Below, one piece after another: positions 51,855 through 64,000 of a stretch of 64,000 bases of DNA (position 1 is the first letter of the stretch; each line of letters opens with the position of its first letter). Origin of the DNA: Phoronis australis (taxonomy: Eukaryota > Animalia > Phoronida); contig NMRA01000435.1 in NCBI GenBank assembly GCA_002633005.1, positions 248,001 to 312,000 on the forward strand, read 5' to 3'. The translations under genes were made by a program, and so were the position numbers. The notes under the pieces were generated by a model, which saw nothing but the letters and a program-made list of their open reading frames with translations, was not told where the DNA came from and ran no database searches.

Positions 51855-54800
51855 TCAAACTTGACTTTCAACCACATCCTCTTGGAACAAGTTGGCAAGA
51901 TTCGGCGGTGGCCTAAGTTTTCTAAGTTCTGTTTTCATGTTCTGTACAACCCTCTCTAGTTTTGGGCTCTTGTTGCGACGTAGCCACCCCTCAGCTTCCT
52001 GAAATAATTCAAATTTATGTATGAATTATTGTAATGTCTGTTGGCAAACTACTATGATCGTCTTCTGAAGGGCATCAAAGAATCATTATACAGGGAGTGT
52101 GACTGGCTCTCCATTGAGGCTGCGCAGGACTTAATCAGCAAGCCTCGTATTTAGCCAACATTTACAAAATTATGAACAGATTTCAACTCAGTGAAAGGAA
52201 TTTAGTAGAATGCTGGTAGAATTTGAGTTTTGACTTTATACCAATCTGCCATTCATTGAGTCACATGACCATGTACATACTAAAATTAAAAAGGAAAGTA
52301 CATTCATAGCAAAACATCAGTATCAATAAAACGACCAAGTTTCTTTTGATAGAAATGTTCATGATGAAATTTCAAAAATGCTGTTATGCGTTTTTAAATG
52401 ATCATTTCATTTTGCAATAAAAATCATGAAAGCTATAATTTTGGTAGCCCCTCACGTGCGTAGGCTCTACGTTCAAATGTCAAAAGGTGGTTGGCTGCGC
52501 CTACACGCCCCACTACAGCACTGGCCCCTCGTGCATAAGTGCAACATTCTAAAAACAATTCCTCAAACCCTTTGCAGAAACGCATACAAACCAAAGTATC
52601 TGCAAGTTTCACATGAATCTGATCCGCCCCTTTTGAGATACAATGTTCAAAAGTTAACCAAATTTGGACATTTTTCTGAGGCTCCACATAACTTAAAAGT
52701 AGCCTGAGGTAAAAACACAACAAAGTGTGCCTTCAATCAATTTTGCAAGAAAGATGGGCTACTGCCAAACTATTAATAAATTGTTTGAAATTCACAATTT
52801 TTGGGCTACCAAACTGCACAGTATCCCTTTAAATAGAGCCAAAAACGTAAAGGAATTGCACATAGCGACATGCTTGTCGAACTGGTGAAGAACAATTTAG
52901 TTGCCCAATACGTGGTATGTTCAGTTTTTTCTTAGGTCTTCTTACGACAGGACGCTGTTCAAAGCAAAAACCAAAAATTTAGCGGGAACAGATTAACACA
53001 TTTGGTATTAATTATTTACACTATAAAAACAAATTACAAGATTGAAAATGAGCAAGCCATATCACATTTTTACTCTAATACCTCAATTAATCTGTCTTTT
53101 TTCAAATAAAAGTGGGCATGTATCACGTCTTCAAATCCCGGACTTGGATTTGTTATCTGAGCGTTCACTGCATATTTGATGTTGTTTATCATCACGTCTG
53201 AAAATATAAAACAGCATAGTACATTTAGGTCACACCAATACTTTACAGACCACACATGGGAAAGAGAAGTGAACAAGTTCCCTAGAATACCTGATCAGCC
53301 ATATGATATAAAAACAAAATTAAGGCAGCAGATTTGCTTTTTAATCAAAAATGGCCAAATTGTGATGACCTAGTTTGTGTAGCTCCAACTTTTCACACAT
53401 GGTTGTCATGTAAAGTATATCACTAAACAGTAACACTGGTCTAATTAAATAACATGAGTTTAAATAAAAACAAATCAATGAGAACAATTATTTCCAATGG
53501 TTACCCAACCAATCCAACAACTAAATCATTTCCATTTTCATTCAGCAAAATCATTTTGATCTTTTAAGGAGCTTTAACTAAAGATCTACTTAATAGCTGT
53601 AAGTTTCTTGAACAACTTCATAAAGAGAATAAGGCTCTACCCAAAACTGCCATGCCCAGCAATGCCTATCTAGGTTATAGTGATTGCCACGCCCTCTACC
53701 AGTGTCTACATAGGTAATAGCGAATGCCACGCCCCCAGCAGTGCCTACATACTAGATTATAGTCGCTGCCATGCCCAGCAGTGCCACTGGTTGTCTTTTG
53801 CCTTTCATCAGCCTTCATTTTGTTTTTTTCGGACCATAATGGAAATAAGTCTTTGACTTTTTATGTTATCCGTGTCTTGCACTTGTACTTTAATTTTTTG
53901 TCTTGCATTTTACATTTTTCTGTACTTGTGCGATTCTAATAAATTTATTATTATAATTATAACCACATCATAGGCACTGCCACGCCCAGCAGTGCCTATC
54001 TAGGTAATACTCAAAGCCATACTTATCAGTCTTACCTAGGCTATAGTCTGCACTGTGTTTCTTGCCCGGTTCTGTGCCAATCTCTTGCTCGTAACCCGGC
54101 TCATTGAAGTAAGGATCAGCCACCAGTATCAATGACTGTATAGACACTAGCACCTGCAAGATCGTCGACGTCGTTTCGTTCCACGTCTCACCTTGTTTAC
54201 CTTCCCACGTGCCCAAAAGCGACAGACACACTTTACCACAACTGGAATAGGACAGACATTACTCAAAGCTCGATTTGAAAATTGACCAATCACATATGGA
54301 GTAAGCACGATACAACAAGACTTTAGAAATCTTAACTTCGTCACGTTACTAAATGTAACAAATAATTTCGAGGATTTCGAGCTTATCCAACAAAGTCTTA
54401 TGTCACACAAGGAATGTCCACATTTTCATATTAATTTCAGGATAACGTTATGTTTACACAATCTTCTTGCTTCTCTTTAATTGTTTTAAATAATTAGTTA
54501 ATTAATCAGAAGCTTACTGGCCTGCTTTTTGACTTGAAATTTTAAGCTAAATTGCTTTAACTTGCTAGCTTGACAGTAACCACAGTGTTTGCAAGTTTGT
54601 AGGAAACTCACTTGTATAAGTTGGGGTTAAATCGCACACTACCTCCACCAGTGGTCTGGAAAGAGAAAACATGTCACATGAAAAATGCATGGTGACTTCA
54701 TAATTGATAGAAACAGAACAAGCTTTACCAGTGTTCGGCAGGTTTACAACAATTCAAAGACTGAATTTTAAAGTGCCTTTAACCTCTCAGTTTAACTCAT

Positions 54801-57800
54801 TAAAAAATAATTGCAAGGGGTCTGATACACGTTGTACCAGACGTGCGCAGGTCGCACATGTGGGCCCATTGCACTGATCACCTGGAACTATTTTTATGCT
54901 TTAATAATATATGGTTAAAACCGAGCTGAGGAGCTAGAAACCTGACTCAAGGGTTTAGCAGTGTGACCTGGTGGGACTCTAACCCACGACCTCGAGTTAA
55001 GAAAGCGGACACCTATCACACTAGGCCACACTGCCTCCTCGGTTTAACTCATTAGTACAGGGTAATTTTAAAAAACTGAATCAGCTCAAACCACTGAATT
55101 ATCTTTCTGACTGAATCAAAAACCTACAATATGAACACTAATTAAATAAAACCACTTAACAACTGAACCAGTCTTCTGAATGCACTCATTCTTGAACGCT
55201 GAAATTACGCTAGGAATACAAAACTCTTCAGTCACTCGAAAAGTAGATTCAGTGGTTTGAGGAATCGATACAGAATTCGGAAAATAAATTCAGGATATCC
55301 TGTCTCCAGTTACCTACACTCCTTTTACTGGAATTAAGGAAACAGTAACTTACAGGAGTCCCGGATTCTGAGAACCAGTTTGATGCCCGGTATTCAGTGG
55401 AGAAAACTGGTTCTCATATATCCAGGAGCCGTGTAAGTGACTATTACTGAAATTAATAAACTAGTCATCTAGTCAAAAAGCACAACATTAGAAAATTCAC
55501 AGATTACCCAATGGCAGAATGCTAAGTCATGCTTAAATCAAATGGAAAAGCCTGCAAGAAAACCAACCACCAGATGGCGCACCCACCTGCAAATGGAAAA
55601 GTTAGCACACCCACCTGCAGATTGACCCTTGGAGGTCGAGTTGGGTAGCCTTCGTCAAAATAGATGTCAAACAGATAACAGCCGCATGTATAGGGCGTCC
55701 CCTCAGGCCTACAAAGAAGATGGGTGGAGACATAATCTCATTCTTGATATCAACTGGTAACGACATACTATAGCACACAGGTTAGACTGAGTTTGTGCAG
55801 TAAAGTGAGCATACTTCTGAACAAAACGTCAATTACAGAACTTCACCCATGCAGTACAAAGCACACTTACCCTGTAATCAGCGCCTTCATCAGGGGTAAT
55901 TTGTCATCATCCTAAAATAAAACAAACAGACTTAGACAATACTATACAAAAACAATGACACAGTCAAAGGAAGTTATAATAAATAAAATTCAAGTGGTTA
56001 AATGTATTTTCAAACTTTAATTTAAGATTATTTTCCTTTTTCACCCCACGCTACTAACAGCCATGGACTACACTGTAACCTAACACACAATCAGGACTTG
56101 TTCCTTTGACAGAATACCGTCCCTTAGCCAGCTGTTTCTCTTGTCCTCAAGACGTGATTTGCCATTTTCAAATTATTTTATCATTGTTGCGTCACTGAGA
56201 GAGCAGACGTAGAAAACCACATGACTTCTAGAAAGTCATTGTTTGTGAAGCTATTAAAGGTTTTGAAAACCCAGCACAATTAAAAAAATTGACTTCGACT
56301 TTCTAATTTGAAACAAGTATTTGTTAGTTTTTTGCACAAAACTCAAGATATGAGTCATCCTTCAAAGAGTGAGTGTTCACTTTCAGAATTAGATGTTGAA
56401 TTTTGTTTTTGACAACAGCTTTCATATACAAAACGTACTGTATGTTTATTGTATGAAACAGTACTACTTACTGTTCTGACAAAGATGGAAGAGGATAGCT
56501 CCAGAGGTAGTGACGAGGACAGTGATGTGTATTCTTGGGCAATTCGAAACACCTGTGACTGAGACGGAACTGCCATGTTGTTAAATTGGCTACTGTAATG
56601 ATGAGCATTAGACCCATCCACTGGAACAAGCAAAAATAGATTACTAATCAACGAAAGGAGCAGAGACGCAGAGACGGTCAATCTTCACCAGCAGTAGCTG
56701 ATAATCAATCCACTTTGAAATACAGTAATTCTCCACCTATTTCGCACACCCATTTGAAAGCGCACGCTCAAAATTATTTCATAAAACTATTTCTTCGTCC
56801 ACTTATTTCACACCAGGTTACTTGGTGGGAATTTTTTGCCTGACCTAAACACAAATGGCTGATAATTAATTACTTTTTACAATGACTTTACTAGATCTTG
56901 TATCAGATAAAATAATTCGACGAATGGCCATTTTCTGAAACAACTGTGACAGTATGAAACCAGCTTAATCACTGGATAGCGGTGGACAGTGTTCAGTGCC
57001 ACTTAAGATTTAAATGAATATTGAAAGCAGTAGAATTTCTCAACACTTCCATAATGTTTGTGCAATCATCACACAGTCAAATTTTCACTGTTGGGTGGTG
57101 GGATGTTCACAGGAAGTGCAGTGTGTTTGTGTGAAAAAAATTGCGTTTTGTCTTTCTTGTCAACTTGACCTGTATACAGCACCTGAATTTGAAACTGGGT
57201 CAAGCATTTATTAATACATTCATGCTCTCAAAATGCTAATAAAAGAGCTGAAAGGTGGATATTTGATATTCTAGCATCCTCGAACAACATACCTGACACA
57301 CCAAAGAAAATAAATCCCCACTTATAAACACAGCTCACGGCCCGTAAACTCACAAAAGTGTGTTTGCGCACTTTTAGTAGCTCGTTCTTGTATCTGTCAG
57401 CCTCGTTTTCATTTTATTGCTGACAAAAGATGACCAGTCTCAAAATGTAGCTGACATATTTATTTGTTATTTCTCTCAGTGGTCTGTTCTACTGTCACTC
57501 TTTGGAGGACCAACAATTACACCAACAGTTTGAGAGAGCCTCCATTAAAATTGTGAACAGACAACACTGCCATATTCTGTGTACAACAGCGGCTGGTGCC
57601 AAACTACTCGTACTCTACCTAATTAGTTATTCAAGATGGTGGACAAAACAATGGAGTCATGTGTGAATGCATTCTTTAAATCAAGGAGGCAAGAATTATG
57701 GGTTTGGTAGAATCTCTCCAATTTCGAACACAATATGGCTGACAGCTGAAATAATATTTCCTCATTTTTCCACGCAAGATATATAGCAACAAATTTATGC

Positions 57801-60800
57801 TTTACTACGTTCAAGTTTTATACAACATCTGCATCATAAAAACACTTTGAAAACTTCTCGGCGCTCACAACAATGCAGGAAGACCTTGAAAAATGAGAAA
57901 AGGACCAATTTTGGTAATTATAAACAATGACAGGCAATTTAGCTAACTCACGATCAATATCCTGGCAGTCGAACTGGATTTCTTGCAAGACCCTTTTATA
58001 TTTGGCTTCCAGAATCTTTTCCTGGAAAACATTTAACACATATTTAAATAGATAACTTGTGGAGAATAACATTTCTGGAAGAAGTGTAAATTTCATATTA
58101 AAAATATTAACGAGTTTCACAATCAATGAGCGAACACTAACGAACTGAAACTTACCTTCCAACAGATGAGAAGGACAAATTTTTACGATCAAAGCAGTGA
58201 AACTTGGGGGTAAAGAATTATAGTTATGAACAATATTGTAAATAGTTAGAAGTTTTTCATCTGTTCCCCTTCTTGGATTACACCACAACTTTAATGAAAA
58301 GTGATAAAATTCTGCAAATTTTACCACCTGTTTTGAAGACGACTCTCATAAGCTAATACCCACTATTAAAGATAACGAACCGTAAAAACATATCGAATAT
58401 GATCCTGAACACGTGATGAACTTCTATTAAAAATTCTCTAGTTTAAGACAGTCTCTCGATGCAACATTTTTGTGCTTCCCCATCGTGTGTACCAGTGGTG
58501 AGCCATCGTAATTCTTGAATTTGGAATGGCATTTACTATTTCTAAAATTTGGTGCAAGCTCTGAACCTGAGCAAAATAATCTGTCCCAAACTGGAGAATG
58601 TTTACCATAATTCATATCCTACCTTATCTAATACTGGCACCTCCACCTGCTCATTGTTTGATTTCTTGGGGGAGTAGAACGATTCATTTTGAATGTTGTC
58701 CCTCTTGAATATGTCTGTGATATCCTTGTGCAGAGTAACTAATTCTCTGAAAAAAAATGTAACAGCCTGAGAACAAATTAATGATAAAGTAAATTAAAAT
58801 TTAATTCAATAAATGTGGTGAATAATGCCATCTAGTGATACACACTGACTCAGGGAATTCGAAAAACAGGCCCACAAATGTTAATGAGCTCATGGGAAAC
58901 AATTGTGAAAACTTCCTAAATGTCAGCACACCAGCAAACACTGGAATCCAGAATACTATTCAAATTTTCAACAAAACACACAAGATAAACCAATCCTTTA
59001 AAAGAGTTTGTGAGAGATAAAATGTCTACCTCTAAATGCAAAGATAATGTTTAGAGTCACAAGATGTAGTACACCCCATGCTGTGACTTAATGCCAACAA
59101 GTGCCACTTAACAAATATATCCGCTGCAAAATGTGATCAGAAGTTTCCAGCAAACGAAAGTAATGTTTTAAAACAAATTTAATTTTTCTATTCGCAGAAA
59201 AAGAAGCAATGAAAGAATGAGTATAATAACATTCAAACAGAAATGACAACAAACAGTAAACAAATACCCTCATAAACAAAATATCAATTAAAAATAATTA
59301 ATCGACAGTCAGCAAGCTTACTTGTAAAACTGAGAATATAATTTGGTCAAGAGAATTTTGAAGCTTATCAATGTTTTGTTTGCATAATTTATGTACTAGT
59401 TTGCATAATTTATGTACTAAAGCTGGTTTTACCAAGCTGAGAATGCTGGAAGACATTGGTCATTTGTAAGCAAAAGTTACCTTAATATTCAAAGATTGGA
59501 TTGAGTCAAATTAACTAAATACCTTGCTAGTTTTTCTTCTTCAGCCGTCTGCTTTGCAGCGGCCAAAGAACTGGACGAGGATTTCTCCGGCGAGCTTGAC
59601 GCGAAAGGAAAACACGTCTGCTCTAACTCTTTATCCTTCTTTGACTTCTTCTTCACCGGTTTAGGAATGGCGCCATTGCCCGACTTGGACATGCGACTAA
59701 TTAAGGACGTGGCCTGGGAGACGAACATAACAGATGAAAGTTATCCATCGAGGTTCACACATGGCTAATATGGCGAAATAATGCGTGAGTCCACTGTGTG
59801 GTATTGTCGTCTGCTAGATTTGGAACCAAATTTATTCTAAAGAGGGGTAAGATAATCCATACAAATAGCTCACCATGACTCTAATCTTAATAGAGGGTGA
59901 ACTATTCCAATTCCCAAAGATTTAAACCCTACCAATCAGGAAATACATGTACTCGACGAGTCCAGGCGATGACCCCACATAGTGGACTCACTGAGTGAGC
60001 AAAACGGTGGGTTGCCGTAGAAATATTTCACCATTATTCCACAACTGTAGCCATGAGTAACAGTTTAGTATTTTTCATAACAATGAAATACTTTGAAGTT
60101 CTACTCCTCTACAATATACACAACAGCTGCACAGTACTAGAGCCGTTGATAGATTTTGACCCTTGGACCAGTACTGATGCAGAAATTTGTTCAAATCAAC
60201 AAGGACTAGAGGGGACATTGTGTTAAAAAAAACTGGTGATGCCAAATGAAAGTATCCGAGTCAACTTGCTTGACACAACTTCATCACCAAATTTGACCTT
60301 TGTGCTTTTCATTCAATAACTCAATTGACCGATAGTGAAATGCTTTGAGCTCCATTCATTTCCAAGAATACAAAACACGGTTGCTAGAACTGTCTCTAAA
60401 ATCTTAAGTAGCTTAGATTTCTGAACATTCTCAAGACTTTTTCATGATGTTATTAAAACTTTAGGAAACCTTCCGCATACCCTCACAACAGGAATTTTTA
60501 AATTCTACACAGCCATTCTTGACAAGTAAAAACTTATGACAAATTCATAACAAAAGAAATTGATGAAATCTTGAACATTTGTAATGGTACGTCTTATCTT
60601 TAGCAGAATAGATGTTTTTGCAACTTAATAAAATCTTAGTTAAAACTTGCAATTCCTTCGCTGATATTTTGTCCGAATAAAATGATAGTTTTTGTGATAA
60701 CGGTATAATAATGTTTCCTCTATCAAACACTTGTTGTTGTACTTCAAACAGAAATCTTCTTGTCAGTACAATTGTAAATAATATGTTCTGTTTCAGGCTT

Positions 60801-63522
60801 ACTTTTTGTTCCATGGTTTTGACTAAGTTGAATACAGACTCCTCCTGCTCTGGTAGCATGCAAAGCAGACGGATTAGTTGGGGCTGCAGCGCTGAAAATC
60901 AAAATATTAAAGGAATAAGCCTCTTTAAAACACCATGATTTGTTAATTTTATTTATGTAATAACAAATAGTATATATAAACTTTTAGGTTCTCTTTTCAT
61001 GGAGCAAATTGACCATGTCAATGCACATTTACAATTTTATCAACTTTTATAATAGTCCGTGAAAATTCCAATTTACATACCTAGTTCCCTTATGATGTCT
61101 ATGATGGCTTTATACACCTGAAATTTAGGAAGGACATTTTTACTAATTAGTCATGTATCAAATGGGTTTAGTATCCTTTTAAGCACCCTTCAACTGCCAA
61201 AAAAGCAGGTGATTCATTCACCTATCACTGACACAAAGCTCAAAGGAATTTTTCATGCGAAGTGCCTTACAAAACTAAACCCCAGATCGTGAGCCTAAAT
61301 ATACCAACTATTCAAGACTGGTAAACACCGATCCTGGCATTTCAGTTCAAGAGCTTATATTTAAATGCTCATACTCCACTTTAAAAAACTCATCCCCTGA
61401 TTTTTTACATTTTCAAGTAATACATTCTGGCTTGCACAGATATGTACATATCTTAAAGAAAAATCGTTCTAATTAAACCTAATTGACAAATACTGCTTCA
61501 GAAAGTTAGTGAAAATCCAATCTGCAATTTCTCCCGGACATTTGCAATAATATTACAGTTACGTTAAAAACTATACAATAACTGCAGCTCAAACAAAGTT
61601 TATTCTAGTGTTATGATTAAACGAAATTGGAGAGAATGAATAGCAACAGACTCACCGACATGTGTCTGCAGATTTCAAGAAATGAGTCAGCTTTCATGTA
61701 TTGCTGAAGACAAACAAAAATAATAAGATGAAGTCAGTACACTGATATACGACAGAGATACACAGTTAAAGTACAGGGGAAACAATCTTCCACATTCAAC
61801 TCCCAGTTCTCAGTGACAATATTGTGCCTGACGAACACAATTCTTTTCGCACTAAGCTGCATTTCTTCTCTCGCGTACTTCAATTTTGTGCTTAGGGTCA
61901 AATTTCTGTACCCATGAACCTTAGACAGAGTTCTAGGATAAGTGCATTGGATACGACAGCAGTTTGTGAGACAGTTTGTTTGCCGTGACAAAGATTTTCA
62001 AACTGTTTTGAGGAAGTCTTGTACTCATTTGAAGCCAGAGTAATTAAGGTATGGCACAGTTCACTTTAATTGTCTTCATACTGAATTGTACTTACCTCAA
62101 TGAATGGAATGAGTGATGATCCCTCCAGTATGGTAAACATGTCCTCCACGGGATCTACCACTTCTAAAGGGGTGTTTGTTGGCCCACTGGCATTTCTAGG
62201 CTTTAACTGTGGTGCATGGTTGGCATATAGGATTTTCAGTTCGTGTAAAATTTTGTATAGAACAGTTTCAACCTGAAACAAGAACAACGTGAGTATGACA
62301 GTGGTTGTGTATTTCAAACTCAATCTATGCAATATTCACAAGTCTGACTTGGCGATTAAAAAAATTTCACCATGCAAACTCACGTCAAAACTAGTTACAG
62401 ATAAAGATTCTCCAATCTAAAATGAAAAGGGCTTTCTTCCACTTTTCAAAGGCTTAATATAACGGTCGAAATACCAAACTGTCATGTGAACACAGATGAA
62501 AGTCTGAAAGATTAGTCTTCCTAGACACTCAGATGTCACAACTGAGGGACTGATAAGTTGAAAAACGAAAAAGTGAGGCATCAGCAGAACACGGAAAATT
62601 GCACGACTTCAAACTACGACGACGATTATTCTTCGCCAATTTAGTGCACAGTAAAATATATATCAATAAAATGATGAATATAAAAAAAATAATTAGTTTG
62701 TTGGTAGCTGTCATTGTACTGTGCATATGTCGTCAAACAAAATTCACCAGTCTCCATTATTTGAAGCAAGCAGCCTTTTGGAAAATTTAAAAATGAAAAT
62801 TTTTGCGATTATTTTTGTCTCCATAACAGCAAGTAGCAGCATATGTTAATAAAAACAATGACGGATTTAAACCAGCTTGACATGTTTCATCGTTTATTAA
62901 AACACCATCATCAGAAGAAAAAACAGTGGCCACCTTGCAAGGCACAACAACAAGGTGGCCTCCGTCTTTTCTTCTGAGGATGGTGCTTAAATAAATGCCG
63001 AAACAGGTCAAATCCGTTTAAATCCGTCATTGTTTTTATTACTTATTTTTGTGCTAATAAGTAAAAAATATTGTATCTAGTGCTTGCAAATCAAAGTCTA
63101 TCCACACAACATTATAGTTAGGGGAATACAAAGAGCAGGATATGACGGATGAAAGCAGTGCAAAGAAGCTTTAACAATTTTGTGCGTCCAAAAGTGCCCA
63201 TAAACTGTGCACTGTACAGCCGTCACAACAAAATACTGACACTATCATAAAAACGTGACTTTAAATTTAAAGCCACAAATCAGCAATATTTTGTCAGTGA
63301 ACTCATTACCTGATTGTCCTTTTCCTTCTGAGCCGCAAGGTATGCCTTGACGTCCCACCCTGATCGTTTCTCATGGCCATAGCCGGTACCCGGGGCCCAG
63401 TATTCATGATTCCGTGGGTCGTCACCCTCGCCCGATGGTCTGTTGACTACGGCAGGAGCCTGCCGCACCTCGGACGGGTCGAGATGGAACTGCAGATTGA
63501 CCCGTGGGTTGACCTCGCTGAC
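51855..63522 (-). CDS. BIRC6-like ubiquitin-conjugating (E2/UBC) enzyme, 3' part; 5' exons lie beyond the window
   Basis: Phase-consistent exons: 63522-63310, 62272-62096, 61703-61656, 61117-61081, 60891-60803, 59713-59523, 58746-58623, 58021-57952, 56620-56472, 55911-55871, 55708-55615, 54655-54612, 54241-54036, 53197-53082, 51998-51855 (TGA). Motifs: [66 protein letters not shown] (catalytic Cys codon 54228-54226), [23 protein letters not shown]. Confidence 0.9.
53646..54010. repeat. Minisatellite of about 40 bp interrupted by an AT-rich insert of about 180 bp
   Basis: Units tgcca(t/c)gcccagca(a/g)tgccta(t/c)ctaggt at about 53648, 53685, 53725, 53767 and 53978. Confidence 0.65.
54920..55040 (-). 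mobile_element. tRNA-derived SINE 5' region
   Basis: The minus strand reads gaggaggcagtgTGGCCTAGTGtgat...gtcgtgGGTTAGAGTCCcacc, giving Pol III A and B boxes. There is no intact acceptor stem. A related copy lies at about 29760-29825. Confidence 0.65.
55340..55449. mobile_element. Palindromic MITE, same family as 48352, opposite orientation
   Basis: cttacaggagtcccggattctgagaaccagttt / aaactggttctcatatatccaggagccgtgtaag. Confidence 0.7.
62848..63040. mobile_element. Fold-back MITE-like palindrome of about 190 bp
   Basis: Outer arms aataaaaacaatgacggatttaaac / gtttaaatccgtcattgtttttatt. Inner arms tcagaagaaaa...ggccaccttg / caaggtggcc...ttttcttctga. Confidence 0.8.
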
Positions 63523-64000
63523 CTGTCAACAAGGCACTTATTCTATACATAACTGCCATTCACGATAAATGTTTGACAAAACAACAAAAAATACAATTTC
63601 CAAACTATTGAAAGTATGAATTTGGACTAAAGGAAACAGAAACAATAACTAGGCATTCCCTATCATGACGGCCACTATGTTTGGCACATAATCTCTAACC
63701 TTCACATTAAAATTATTATTTTGCAAGTGAAAACCTGCACGATTAAAAAAATTCTGTGAGTTTAAATTTCAATCATAAGACGCCATGATACATGAAAAAT
63801 AAAAATTTCAATTTCAAAACACGTTAAACTAAAAAACGTCATTAGCAACTCAGCTCGTGATGTTGCTATGCAGTCGGAACAGTCGACTTTCCCCCAACAG
63901 ACAACGGATTTTTCAACTTGGCTGATTTTGCTTCAAGAACACTGACAACTTTAAAGTTAATTTCGACCGATTTTAAACGAGAAATAAATACTCAAGATTA

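Noticed and set aside
54960-55040. Functional tRNA gene
   Set aside because: The acceptor stem does not pair, the T-loop is degenerate, and a diverged second copy exists, so a SINE head fits better.
57818-58327. 169-aa ORF as an independent gene
   Set aside because: Only 58021-57952 is a real exon of the E2 gene. The rest is open intronic frame.

Overview
AT-rich, intron-rich animal genomic DNA that looks invertebrate; the species cannot be identified from the sequence alone. Five protein-coding loci can be reconstructed by hand. (1) A connexin-like four-TM exon on the minus strand (9667-8767). It has only 4 extracellular Cys, two N-glycosylation sequons, and a C-terminal segment that looks like the start of a STAND/NB-ARC P-loop NTPase. 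(2) A complete 15-exon ORC1 (minus, 40387-15240) with a 408-bp internal duplication and a GC-AG intron. (3) A UDP-glycosyltransferase with a single coding exon, nested antisense in ORC1 intron 9. (4) A complete 8-exon PRPF38A, head-to-head with ORC1 as in human, carrying a C-terminal HIND-like motif. (5) The 3' 15 exons of a BIRC6-like E2 ubiquitin-conjugating enzyme (minus). Introns hold MITE-like palindromes, tRNA-derived SINE heads, a higher-order tandem array rich in CTCF-like motifs, and a 1.28-kb tandem duplication joined by an N that is probably an assembly artefact. The best candidate for an undescribed system is the connexin-like pore domain apparently fused to a STAND NTPase. The exon that would complete the P-loop was not found in this window.
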